Made by a program: the position numbers and the translations under genes
Notes under the pieces: generated by a model
Databases searched by the model: none
What the model saw: the letters and a program-made list of their open reading frames with translations, nothing else
What the model was told of the DNA's origin: nothing
Shown: positions 9,188-18,273 of the stretch, piece by piece
How positions within the stretch are numbered: position 1 is the first letter of the stretch
Layout: each line of letters begins with the position of its first letter
Source of the DNA: Candidatus Heimdallarchaeota archaeon
GTDB lineage: Archaea; Asgardarchaeota; Heimdallarchaeia; Hodarchaeales; Hodarchaeaceae
DNA: 64,000 nucleotides
Direction: 5' to 3'
NCBI GenBank assembly: GCA_020353515.1
Contig: CP070695.1
Location: 1,303,637 to 1,367,636, forward strand

Positions 9188-10900
9188 TTGTTGAGAAAAA
9201 CAGTTGTAAGATCATCAAGAGTGCTTCTCACCCTCGCTGGTATAGGTTTCTTGGGTATGATCGTTGCACTTCTTTTTTTTACAGGAGTCGCAAATTCAAT
9301 TGATCAAACTGCTGATCCTGTAACATGGAGTAGAACGCTATTCGGATTTGATTATCGTGTAATAACAGCTTATAGCTTTTTTCTTGTTTTGATTGGCTTT
9401 CTTCCTGTCCTTGTTGTTATGGATGCCAGTGCAAAGAAGAGTGTTAAAAAAATCTATATTCATTTACTTTTAATATTTGGTATTGGATTATTAATGCTGA
9501 TCTATTCTGCTTTAGTTTATGGTACCTTTCTGACTCCAATCGATCCCCTTCAGACCTGGTTTGAGTATTTCATTCTTGCAGCTTTACTTATCGTCTTTGG
9601 GTTAATGCCACTTTTGTTTAGTATCCAAGACCATGAACGAGTGTGGAATTTTAAGCTTCTCTTTGCTCTATTTATTCTAATTGGGATTGTCCTTGAAATC
9701 ATTGGTATTGTTGTCTATAGCCAGATTATTGTAATTTCTGATATTGGATGGGATATCCTTTTCTTATTTGGAATTTTGATACTATTTCTAGGTGTTGTAC
9801 CACTTTTATTAACTGCTGGTCCAACTTTTCGTGAAAACCTTTATCGATTACGTATTATTTGGATCTTAGGTACGTTAATAGGGATTGTGATAATTCTGGT
9901 ATCTTATTTGACATACGCTGGGATCCTTGATCTTCCTGATATTGACTGGTTTGTAATTCTAGCCTTTGGAGGCCTTTTTACATTATTGGCTATTCTTCCA
10001 TTAACGAGTGTAGTACAACTGACTGAGACTATCCGTAAATTACGATTTATATGGTTAATTGCCCTTTTCCTTGGAATAATATCAGTAATAATTTCTGCGA
10101 TCCTAATCTTACCAGAGTCACCTGAAATTGAAGCAGCCGTCGGAACACTCCTCGGAACCTCACTCTTCGGGGCTACTTGGGATATTTTCTATATGTACGG
10201 AACTCTAATTATAATTCTTTCCCTCACATTCATATGTTCAATTGTATTCTTTGAAACCGAAGAAGTAAGTGGTCCAGCAGGATTAGTAGAAAGTCTTGAC
10301 AGATTGCCTGGCATTGAAACCACGCCAAGCGAGATGGTAGCCTATTTGGAGATTCTAAGCAAATCCCAAACAAATATGGTTAATCAATTTAAAGAAGCAG
10401 TCAGGGCAGATAAATTCCGCCCTCGGGTATATGAATTAATAATTAAGTTATATCAAGATCGAAATCGCGCGATAAAATCAAGAATATCACGATTCCAAAA
10501 GGCGGGAGCAGCAGTTTCTGCTGAAGAAGAAGTAGAAGCCTTGTTCGATGTTGCTCTGGGTGAACCCTCAGAGGCTCCAGGTGAACCACCTCTTCCTCCT
10601 ATCACGGAAGCCGTGACCCCCCCGACTCCTCCATCAGCACCTCCAACTCCCCCACCCACCCCACCGTCCACCCCACCACTTCCTCCATCTACTGCTCCAC
10701 CACTTCCTCCCTCTACAGGCACCCCACCTGCCCCCTCTTTAGGAGCCCCCCCTCCCCCTTCTCCTAGAGTTACACCAGGCCAACCATCAGAGTCACCACT
10801 TGATTTGATTGCTGATGCTAGGTCAACAAGCATTGCTGAATTACGTGGAGAAATGCTAAAAGAATTACGAAGACTTCGTGAGATCTTCAAGGAAGAATAA
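9188..10900 (+). CDS. Hypothetical polytopic membrane protein (~10 TM in tandem hairpin repeats) with polyproline tail and C-terminal amphipathic helix
   Basis: 570-aa ORF, TTG start after AGGAG. The hydrophobic N-terminal ~350 aa contain repeats; Pro-rich tract at ~10560-10790; ends ELRGEMLKELRRLREIFKEE. Confidence 0.85.
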   Translation: MLRKTVVRSSRVLLTLAGIGFLGMIVALLFFTGVANSIDQTADPVTWSRTLFGFDYRVITAYSFFLVLIGFLPVLVVMDASAKKSVKKIYIHLLLIFGIGLLMLIYSALVYGTFLTPIDPLQTWFEYFILAALLIVFGLMPLLFSIQDHERVWNFKLLFALFILIGIVLEIIGIVVYSQIIVISDIGWDILFLFGILILFLGVVPLLLTAGPTFRENLYRLRIIWILGTLIGIVIILVSYLTYAGILDLPDIDWFVILAFGGLFTLLAILPLTSVVQLTETIRKLRFIWLIALFLGIISVIISAILILPESPEIEAAVGTLLGTSLFGATWDIFYMYGTLIIILSLTFICSIVFFETEEVSGPAGLVESLDRLPGIETTPSEMVAYLEILSKSQTNMVNQFKEAVRADKFRPRVYELIIKLYQDRNRAIKSRISRFQKAGAAVSAEEEVEALFDVALGEPSEAPGEPPLPPITEAVTPPTPPSAPPTPPPTPPSTPPLPPSTAPPLPPSTGTPPAPSLGAPPPPSPRVTPGQPSESPLDLIADARSTSIAELRGEMLKELRRLREIFKEE

Positions 10901-11009
10901 ATCCTCGGAGACCTAGTAACAAATAAGATTCAATTATTTGGAGTAACTACACTCCTTTAACGTAGCTTAGCTATCTACTCTAATCCTATTTTTGGCGTGT
11001 ATACACTAC

Positions 11010-12902
11010 TTAGACTTGTTTCCAGTATATTACCTCTTTATTTATCTCCAGAATTTCTATAAAAAACGCGTATGCCTTATTACGAGTCGCTATCTTAATC
11101 TTTCCCGATTTTGACGTTGTTCCTACAAAAAAAGGATCCTTTTTCTTATCTAATTGGTCTTGAGTGTAGAATTGAATTGTAGTGTTACTTATGCGCTTAG
11201 GAAAACTAATATACAGAGTTTTTTTTCTAAAAGAAATCATTTTTTCCTTCACAATACTGAATCCAGAGAGGTGGGAATCCCTATCTGATTTATCGACATC
11301 TAACCTAACATGAAATGTCCGTTCTAACATTCGGATGTTCTCTCCCCCCTTTCCTAGAATTGCTGGAATGTCTTTTTGAGCACATTGGATCTCAAATCTT
11401 TTCCCGTAACGATCTTTTGGTATTAAGACAATAGGTTGAGCTGTAAATTTCTCAATAGCATTCGTTAGGTTTTGAATAGTCCGTGCATCAATTAAAATTT
11501 GGTCATAATTCTCGGTTTCAAGTGGAATTACCACTGTCTGTTCTCCAAAAGTGTACATTTCATAGACCGGTTCCCCAGTCTCAAAATCTTTTACTTCCAC
11601 CACTGGTCGCGCTAGATCACTTTCAACCAACCCAGCTGGAACCTTAACTGTCATTTTTACATCTAAAACTCTTGTTATTTTTCCTGCTTCAATGTAAATG
11701 ATAGTATCAAGAACACTAGGGATCACACCCAATTCTAATCTCCCAATAAAGCGTTGAATGGCATCTATTGCTGTGCTAGAGTGAATTACTCCCACTAAAC
11801 CGATACCAGCCAATCGAAGGTCTGTATAAAGCTTAAAATCTTCTGTGTCTCTAATTTCATCAAAAATAGTATAATCTGGACGTGAAAGAAGGAGTATGTC
11901 ATGAATTTCCGTATGAGACCCGAAATTCTTGGAATACTGAGTAATTTCAGCTTTCAAATCTAAGTCCCGTGGTGATTCAATTGTTTTTACAATCTTAGAT
12001 TTTCCTTCATAAAAAAGAGCTAGGGCTCTAGTGAACGTGGTTTTCCCAGTTCCTGGGCTGCCTGCAACTAAAATCCCTTCCGCTTTTTCTTGTAGTCGTT
12101 GATAAAGGTTGGGGGATAGGTGATAATCATCAATTGTAAGTTTGACAAGGGGTTTTACTGCAGTAATTTCCCATCCATCTGAAAATGGAGGACGACAAAT
12201 AACAATCCGAATATTTCCATACTGAACAATTGTTGAACCTTTACGGTCGATCTCAATAAAAGAATCTTCAAATTGTTGTGCCTTTTCAATGATTTCTTCA
12301 TTTAATTGTTTAAGAAATCCCTTTGTACAAATTTTATCAGATGTTTGATCAAAGCTAACATTACCAGGAGACCCTCGTTTTCTAAAAACAGGAACTCCTT
12401 GTTTAAGATGGATACTCATAGTTCTTTCATCAAAATAATCCTCAATTTGAAGTCTTTTTTCCAGAGTCTTTCCTTTTTCTGGAATATGAATGACTTCTAA
12501 ACCAATTGATTTTGCAGCTAAATATTGAATCTTGTCTGATGTGACAAGAATACCTCCTTCTTTCCATGCAAAATCCCGAATGATCGCATCAATTTCACCA
12601 CTTCGAGCCCTTTTTATTTCAGAAAGATGTGGCCTTCGTCCTCCGTAATCTATCAGAATACCCTTCATATCACAAACACGACGGATATCTGTGAGTTCAT
12701 TTAATCCCTCAATCCCTATTCTTCTCCCATTATTCGCCTGATGTTCGAGTTCAGCTATTATCGAAGCATGGATTGTTATCTTGGAGATATCTTCGCTTTT
12801 TTTAGTTTCAAGAAGGTCTTTCAAACCTCCATTGATGATAGTTGAGGTGTCAGGAACATAAAAATTATCTTCTGAATTAATCGAGTATCTTCCCTCCATC
12901 AA
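11010..12902 (-). CDS. PINc/VapC-ATPase-KH protein (PINA, Holliday-junction branch migration ATPase family)
   Basis: N-terminal PIN (VPDTST, ELEHQAN), Walker A GSPGTGKTT, PDYTIFDEIR, C-terminal KH GxxG (ILGKGGENIR). Confidence 0.9.
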   Translation of the reverse strand: MMEGRYSINSEDNFYVPDTSTIINGGLKDLLETKKSEDISKITIHASIIAELEHQANNGRRIGIEGLNELTDIRRVCDMKGILIDYGGRRPHLSEIKRARSGEIDAIIRDFAWKEGGILVTSDKIQYLAAKSIGLEVIHIPEKGKTLEKRLQIEDYFDERTMSIHLKQGVPVFRKRGSPGNVSFDQTSDKICTKGFLKQLNEEIIEKAQQFEDSFIEIDRKGSTIVQYGNIRIVICRPPFSDGWEITAVKPLVKLTIDDYHLSPNLYQRLQEKAEGILVAGSPGTGKTTFTRALALFYEGKSKIVKTIESPRDLDLKAEITQYSKNFGSHTEIHDILLLSRPDYTIFDEIRDTEDFKLYTDLRLAGIGLVGVIHSSTAIDAIQRFIGRLELGVIPSVLDTIIYIEAGKITRVLDVKMTVKVPAGLVESDLARPVVEVKDFETGEPVYEMYTFGEQTVVIPLETENYDQILIDARTIQNLTNAIEKFTAQPIVLIPKDRYGKRFEIQCAQKDIPAILGKGGENIRMLERTFHVRLDVDKSDRDSHLSGFSIVKEKMISFRKKTLYISFPKRISNTTIQFYTQDQLDKKKDPFFVGTTSKSGKIKIATRNKAYAFFIEILEINKEVIYWKQV

Positions 12903-13537
12903 TTTTCCTCCTTATTTTCTTGATTAACTTGTGGTAATTCATCCCGATATTCGTATTCCAACTCATTACGTTCTAATTCTAATTGTGAGGCCTGGTAATA
13001 GGTGACATCCCCAAGACGGTCAACTACTGAGAGTAATAACGTTTTTCTGTCGATTTTAGACTGATTAACAAGTTGGTCTAAAAAATCAAGATCAAGATCT
13101 TCGCCTTCTGGAAGAGGAAAAATGACCTTTTTGCTTATCGATTCTCCTGGCTTTCCTCCTCGAGAATAAATTCGAAATGGTGCTGTAATTTGAGTTCCAA
13201 TTCGGACAACATAACCCCTATTCCTCAGATCCTTATAAACTAAATAACGACTCCAGAAAGTTTTGTTAATTTTAGTGAAATGAGTAACTAATTCAGACGA
13301 TGTAATCTTTTGATTCGTGGTTGAATTCATAACAATAATTCTTTTTCGATCCATGAGGAGTAAAACTTCTTCTGGTTCTAAAACAAGAGAATCTTTTGAA
13401 GTCCATTGTCCAAAATAACCATTATCGAAGATCTCTTGGGCAAGGTGATCATTAACCATTAGGGATGAGCCTTGCATATCAAAATACAATATTGGCACTG
13501 AAATTTCTTTATCCGTAGAATCTAGGTCATGAGACAT
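12899..13537 (-). CDS. endA: tRNA-splicing endonuclease, probable structural (beta) subunit
   Basis: LEPEEVLLL and YLVYKDLRNRGYVVR fold motifs; lacks the KFGxDF and catalytic His (GP.xxHS) segment. Confidence 0.75.
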   Translation of the reverse strand: MSHDLDSTDKEISVPILYFDMQGSSLMVNDHLAQEIFDNGYFGQWTSKDSLVLEPEEVLLLMDRKRIIVMNSTTNQKITSSELVTHFTKINKTFWSRYLVYKDLRNRGYVVRIGTQITAPFRIYSRGGKPGESISKKVIFPLPEGEDLDLDFLDQLVNQSKIDRKTLLLSVVDRLGDVTYYQASQLELERNELEYEYRDELPQVNQENKEEN

Positions 13538-14030
13538 GATCTGTAATAACCAACCAGTTTGGTAAATATTTTGGTGAATGTGCTTTTTAGCTCTCTTTTC
13601 AGTTTTTACATGATCAGAGACTTCTTGTTTAGCCTTAGTTTCATCCCCTATTAAAGGTAAATATTGTCAAATATGCAATTCTCATGAGAATATGGATAAT
13701 AAACTGATTAAGACTTAAGTTGTTTTAACTAAGGCTGATCTAAATAGTCGTAACCATTTTTTGTTAAGCAAAATGAATCCGAATATCTTTGAAAAGACTA
13801 TAGAGGATTTCATTACCTATTTAATTATCCTCAAACTAAATTGTATTCCCCTCCTTAGAATTTCAATATTTTTTGATACCATTGTTGGTTGAGTCAAAGA
13901 GTACGGAGGATTTAAATCACTTGTCGAAAACTTCTTAAAATGACGTGTACTAAACATCAGAGATTATTCTGTTTATTAAAGCACATTTACTCTTAAAAAA
14001 TCATCAGGATGTCGATAGGAGGCTGTAAGC

Positions 14031-15035
14031 ATGGGTCATAGGAAAAAACACGCGCCACATCGAGGTTCTCTAGGATATAGAAGGAAAATCGCTAGAAGGC
14101 ATACAGCACGATGGAGAACTTGGCCAGAATCATCAGATTCAACTCCAAGATTGTTAGGTTACGCTGGATATAAAGCTGGAATGACGCATCTAGCAATGGT
14201 TAATACAGATAGAAGATCTCCATTTTTCAAACAAGAACAATTCGTACCTGTGACTGTTATTGAAACACCTCCACTAGCCATATTTGGCATAAGAACTTAT
14301 ATTATTGATCAATTGACTCAAAAGCTTCGGATTGAGACCCAAATCTGGGGAGAAAACATCGAAAAAGATCTTGAACGCCGAATAAAAATTCCAAAAGAAA
14401 ACCAGAACAAAGACCAGAAAATTGATGAAATCAGGGAAAATCTAGACCGTGTGAAAGAAATTCGAGTATTGGCTCATACTTTACCCAAAGAAGCTGGTTT
14501 TCCCCAAAAAAATCCCGATATTTTAGAAATCAAAGTTGGGGGGTCAGTTAATGAAGCATTCAATTATGCAGTTAAGATTTTAGATCAAAAAATCTCTGTT
14601 GAAGACGTTTATAAACCTAGTGACATTGTAGATGTCTGTGCAACTACAAAAGGGAAAGGATTTGCAGGACCAGTAAAAAGACATGGTATTAAGATCCTTC
14701 CTCGTAAAACCCGAAAAGGTCGAAGAGTCGTCGGATGTATTGGGCCTTGGCATCCTGCACGAGTGATGTGGACTGTTCCCCGAGCTGGTCAGCTAGGTTA
14801 TTTTGCCCGTACAGAATACAATAAACAAATTCTCAAAATTGGAGAAGATGGCGAAGAAGTTACTCCTGTTAGCGGATTTAAAAGATATGGAAAAGTAGGA
14901 AAACATTGTATTGTTCGTGGAAGTGTTCCAGGGTCAGTTAAACGTTTGGTGCGACTAAGAGATCCAATTAGACTGAAACCCAAAGAAATCGAGGATCTCC
15001 AAATAACATATATCAGTACTACAGCGAAGAATTGA
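14031..15035 (+). CDS. rpl3: 50S ribosomal protein uL3
   Basis: PHRGSLG, GYKAGMTH, TKGKGFAGPVKR, GPWHPARV, RTEYNK. Confidence 0.97.
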   Translation: MGHRKKHAPHRGSLGYRRKIARRHTARWRTWPESSDSTPRLLGYAGYKAGMTHLAMVNTDRRSPFFKQEQFVPVTVIETPPLAIFGIRTYIIDQLTQKLRIETQIWGENIEKDLERRIKIPKENQNKDQKIDEIRENLDRVKEIRVLAHTLPKEAGFPQKNPDILEIKVGGSVNEAFNYAVKILDQKISVEDVYKPSDIVDVCATTKGKGFAGPVKRHGIKILPRKTRKGRRVVGCIGPWHPARVMWTVPRAGQLGYFARTEYNKQILKIGEDGEEVTPVSGFKRYGKVGKHCIVRGSVPGSVKRLVRLRDPIRLKPKEIEDLQITYISTTAKN

Positions 15036-15054
15036 AAGTAACTAGGCGAGAAAG

Positions 15055-15843
15055 ATGTATTCCTCTAAAATTCCTCTATATGATTTGAAAGGAAAGGAGA
15101 TCAAAAAAATCGAGGTTGGCTCAGTATTTCGAGCTCCTTTTCGTCCTGATGTAATTAAACGCTGTGTATTAGCTAGTCGGCGAAATCGCCAAATTCCATA
15201 TGGTGTTGATCCTCGTGCCGGAAAAAAAACATCCGCAGAGAGTTGGGGTACTGGACGTGGAGCTGCTCGAATCCCAAGAGTGAAGGGATCACGCTCACAC
15301 TCTGCAAGTCGTGGAGCCTTTATTCCCTTTGCAGTAGGAGGTCGCCGTACACACCCTCCTAATGGAATGCAAAATTTCTCTGAAAAAATAAACAAAAAAG
15401 AAAAAGTTCTAGCTAAAAAGTCCGCAATTGCATGTACGGCAAATCCAGTCTTAGTTGAGTCACGAGGTCACATCATTGAGGATATTAAGTCGTTACCTTT
15501 GATTATAAGTGATGATCTTGAATCAATAGAGAAAACTAATGAAATACAGACCGTTTTCAATAATTTAGGGTTATCATATGATTTAGCCAAAGCTAAAAGG
15601 CGTAATTCTCAAATTAGGCCAGGTAAAGGGAAAAGACGAGGAAGAAAATACAAAAAGGGAAAATCAGTCTTAGTAGTCATAGTACACGATTATGGAATAG
15701 GTGCAGCAGCAAGAAATTTGCCTGGCGTTGATGTCGTTGTGGTTGATCAACTAAATATTGAACATCTCGCTCCTGGAACTCATCCTGGACGATTAACGCT
15801 CTGGACAAAATCCGCAATTGATTTCCTTCGCGAATCAGAATAA
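15055..15843 (+). CDS. rpl4: 50S ribosomal protein uL4
   Basis: TSAESWGTGRGAARIPRV, RPGKGKRRGR, LAPGTHPGRL. Confidence 0.97.
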   Translation: MYSSKIPLYDLKGKEIKKIEVGSVFRAPFRPDVIKRCVLASRRNRQIPYGVDPRAGKKTSAESWGTGRGAARIPRVKGSRSHSASRGAFIPFAVGGRRTHPPNGMQNFSEKINKKEKVLAKKSAIACTANPVLVESRGHIIEDIKSLPLIISDDLESIEKTNEIQTVFNNLGLSYDLAKAKRRNSQIRPGKGKRRGRKYKKGKSVLVVIVHDYGIGAAARNLPGVDVVVVDQLNIEHLAPGTHPGRLTLWTKSAIDFLRESE

Positions 15844-15887
15844 ACTCAAGCTTTAAAATTACTTTCGATAATAGAGGTGAAACCAAG

Positions 15888-16163
15888 CTGAAATTTAGAC
15901 AACCTCAGGATATTATCAAATACCCATTAATCACAGAGGCGGCTTTCAATAAAATGGACAGCATTTATGAAAATGCACTAGTTTTCATTGTTGATCGTCG
16001 GGCTACTAAACACGAAATTAAGCAAGCTTTCGAGGCACTTTATAAAGTTAAAATCGTTAAGGTTAACACCCTCATAACCCCTCAAGGTAAGAAAAAAGCT
16101 TTCATAAAGCTTTCACCAGATCACAGCGCCTTGGATCTGGCAACTGAAGTTGGAATCATCTAA
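15888..16163 (+). CDS. rpl23: 50S ribosomal protein uL23; start extended to CTG at 15888
   Basis: KVNTLITPQGKKKAFIKL. The conserved N-terminus IIKYPLITE lies in frame upstream of ATG 15954, and SD GAGGTGA sits 7 nt before the CTG. Confidence 0.92.
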   Translation: MKFRQPQDIIKYPLITEAAFNKMDSIYENALVFIVDRRATKHEIKQAFEALYKVKIVKVNTLITPQGKKKAFIKLSPDHSALDLATEVGII

Positions 16164-16176
16164 ATAGGTGTAAAAA

Positions 16177-16920
16177 ATGGGAAAGCGTATTCTAGTTCAA
16201 CGCCGAGGCCGTGGTTCACCAACATTCCGAGCTTTATCACATCGGAAGCGAGGAAAAGCAAGATATCTATCCCTTACTGAAAAAGAGCGTAATGATAAAA
16301 TAGAATTCACAATAATTGATTTTATCCATGAGCGTGGTAGGGGTGTTCCATTAATGCTCATTAGATATGAGGATGGAAGTGAATGTTTTCTTCCTGCTCC
16401 TGAAGGTGTCTTTGTAGGACAAAAACGAGAACAAGGTGTAAATGCCGCGTTAGAAGTTGGAAATGTCCTCCCTATCAATAAAATCCCAGAAGGGGTATGG
16501 GTTTGCAATGTAGAAATGCGCCCTGGTGATGGAGGAGCTTTATGTCGGGCTTCTGGAACTCATGGATTGGTAAGAGGCCAAACAAAAGAAGGTTCTTCAA
16601 TTCAATTGCCCTCTCGGAGAATGAAACGAATTGATAACAAAGCTCGTGCGATGATTGGTGTTATTTCTGCAGGTGGTCGTCCAGATCGTCCCTTTATCAA
16701 AGCAGGATTAAAAAGGGCTTATATGCGGGCCAAAGGGCATAAATCTTTCCCAGTAGTTCGGGGGGTAGCCATGAACATAGCATCCCATCCTTTTGGAGGT
16801 GGAGCACATCAGGGTCCAGGTCAACCAACTACAGTTTCACGTAATGCTCCACCAGGCAGAAAAGTAGGATTAATTGCAGCACGTCGCACAGGACTAAGAC
16901 GTGGTCGTATTCGAGATTGA
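16177..16920 (+). CDS. rpl2: 50S ribosomal protein uL2
   Basis: MGKRILVQRRGRG, VRGVAMN...HPFGGG, APPGRKVGLIAARRTG. Confidence 0.97.
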   Translation: MGKRILVQRRGRGSPTFRALSHRKRGKARYLSLTEKERNDKIEFTIIDFIHERGRGVPLMLIRYEDGSECFLPAPEGVFVGQKREQGVNAALEVGNVLPINKIPEGVWVCNVEMRPGDGGALCRASGTHGLVRGQTKEGSSIQLPSRRMKRIDNKARAMIGVISAGGRPDRPFIKAGLKRAYMRAKGHKSFPVVRGVAMNIASHPFGGGAHQGPGQPTTVSRNAPPGRKVGLIAARRTGLRRGRIRD

Positions 16921-16933
16921 TAGGAGAGCTCTT

Positions 16934-17581
16934 TCATTTTTTAGAAAGTTTCTTCTTTACTTTTTTCAACCTTACAAAAGCCTCTCGTTCTCGCTCTGCT
17001 AAAGTTAATTGGATCCAACTCACTGTCGCCTCGATTCGGGGTATTATAATATAATTTAAAGCGTTTACACGGCGTTTTGTTTCAATTATCTCTCTAGCAA
17101 GTCTAGTTAAAGTTGATTGAATCTCGGCTAGACTCACAATGGCTTGAAGAGCATTCTCGAAGATTTTCAATGAAGAATCAAATCTAGCTGTGGTCTCACT
17201 CATAGAGTAGTGAATTAAATCCTCTTTATAGAATGTCTCTTGACGTATTTGGAAGACTGGAACGGAAATTCCCATCAATCTTCGACTCATACTCTCTAAG
17301 TTAAACTTACGAGGATAACCAAAAGCCACATTTTTGATTGTGACTTCACCCATTTGTAGTTGTAACTGAATAAATTGGTCTTGAGACTCTGTTATCGTCT
17401 CTTGGACTTTTTCTCGCTTTTGTTTGTATAACATAACCGTTGAGAATAATTCACCAGTCAAAGCTTCTAATTTTTCACTTAATAATTCGTACCCCTTATT
17501 TGCGAGTTCTAATCTCTGCTTTAACTCCAATAACTGCATTCTTGTAGGTGTGATCCCTGGGATTATGTTCTCTGTACTCAT
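16934..17581 (-). CDS. atpD: A/V-type ATP synthase subunit D (stand-alone)
   Basis: PTRMQLLELK..L..A.KGY.LL, TKRRVNALNY, EREREAFVRLKKVK; ATG 17581 after GAGG. Confidence 0.93.
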   Translation of the reverse strand: MSTENIIPGITPTRMQLLELKQRLELANKGYELLSEKLEALTGELFSTVMLYKQKREKVQETITESQDQFIQLQLQMGEVTIKNVAFGYPRKFNLESMSRRLMGISVPVFQIRQETFYKEDLIHYSMSETTARFDSSLKIFENALQAIVSLAEIQSTLTRLAREIIETKRRVNALNYIIIPRIEATVSWIQLTLAEREREAFVRLKKVKKKLSKK

Positions 17582-17647
17582 GAAAGAACCTCTAAACAAA
17601 TAGATGATTCATTTAGGAGGAATTATAAATAGTTTTGAATTTATTAG

Positions 17648-17774
17648 TGCGGGGGGTGAGATTTGAACTCACGAACGCCTATGCGAGCAGATCTTGAGTC
17701 TAAGTCATATGATTATCGACTGGATGTCCAATAAACACATTCTGGCCCCGTTGACCTGGCTGGGGTACCCCCGC
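17648..17774 (-). tRNA. tRNA-Leu(CAA) with 42-nt non-canonical intron in 5' strand of anticodon stem (~17701-17742)
   Basis: Removing 42 nt gives an 85-nt tRNA nearly identical to tRNA-Leu(GAG) at 35471 outside the anticodon arm; the anticodon loop CTCAAGA is uninterrupted. Confidence 0.9.
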
Positions 17775-18072
17775 GGGAATTTAAGGGAGTATTAGCTTGT
17801 TTATTCTATATCTCTTAGATTTATATTAATCATTTTATAATTTTAGAGTCATAAATCGTCTCAAGGTACTATAATGGTAGATGTTACGAATTGCTGTAAT
17901 ATCTAAGATACTGCTTCCGAGGAATGATTGTATCCAAAATATACAGAATTTAGGTGTAATGATGACCAAAAAAAACCAAAAAACCATTTTGTACAGAATT
18001 TTTGCTTTAAAAACTTCAAGCGGGATTTTTGATTGTCTAGCAGATTAATTTTAAAAGATATAAAACCTTACT

Positions 18073-18270
18073 ATGTTTGAAATATTGGAGAAAATAAAAA
18101 TTATGTTAAATCTTCCTTTTTTCCTCTTAAATAGCTTGAACTTCATAATTAGTTCAATTCCAACTTCTAATACTATCTTATCGGAGTTACCTTTTTTGCT
18201 TGTCCTGTTTGGGTCACTTATCATCCTAGCTTTATTATTTAGATATTTTAGTCAAAAAAAATCCTTGTAA
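18073..18270 (+). CDS. Possible small membrane protein with C-terminal TM helix and basic tail
   Basis: Ends LPFLLVLFGSLIILALLFRYFSQKKSL; stop codon 3 nt from the convergent SPOUT stop; no family recognised. Confidence 0.35.
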   Translation: MFEILEKIKIMLNLPFFLLNSLNFIISSIPTSNTILSELPFLLVLFGSLIILALLFRYFSQKKSL

Positions 18271-18273
18271 TAG

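Noticed and set aside
10453-10890. Gly-rich 145-aa minus-strand ORF
   Set aside because: It is the antisense shadow of the polyproline codons in 9188-10900.
13538-13670. Stop-free in-frame extension upstream of endA-beta, and C/D-box-like motifs (GATGA...CTGA...CTGA)
   Set aside because: The extension has no start codon or conserved motif, and box spacing does not fit a C/D guide sRNA.
5425-13949. Shared 10-mer ATGACGTGTA after TATA-like sequences upstream of rpl14e and rpl3
   Set aside because: Only two copies at very different distances from the starts, not seen before other r-protein genes; chance 10-mer matches are expected.
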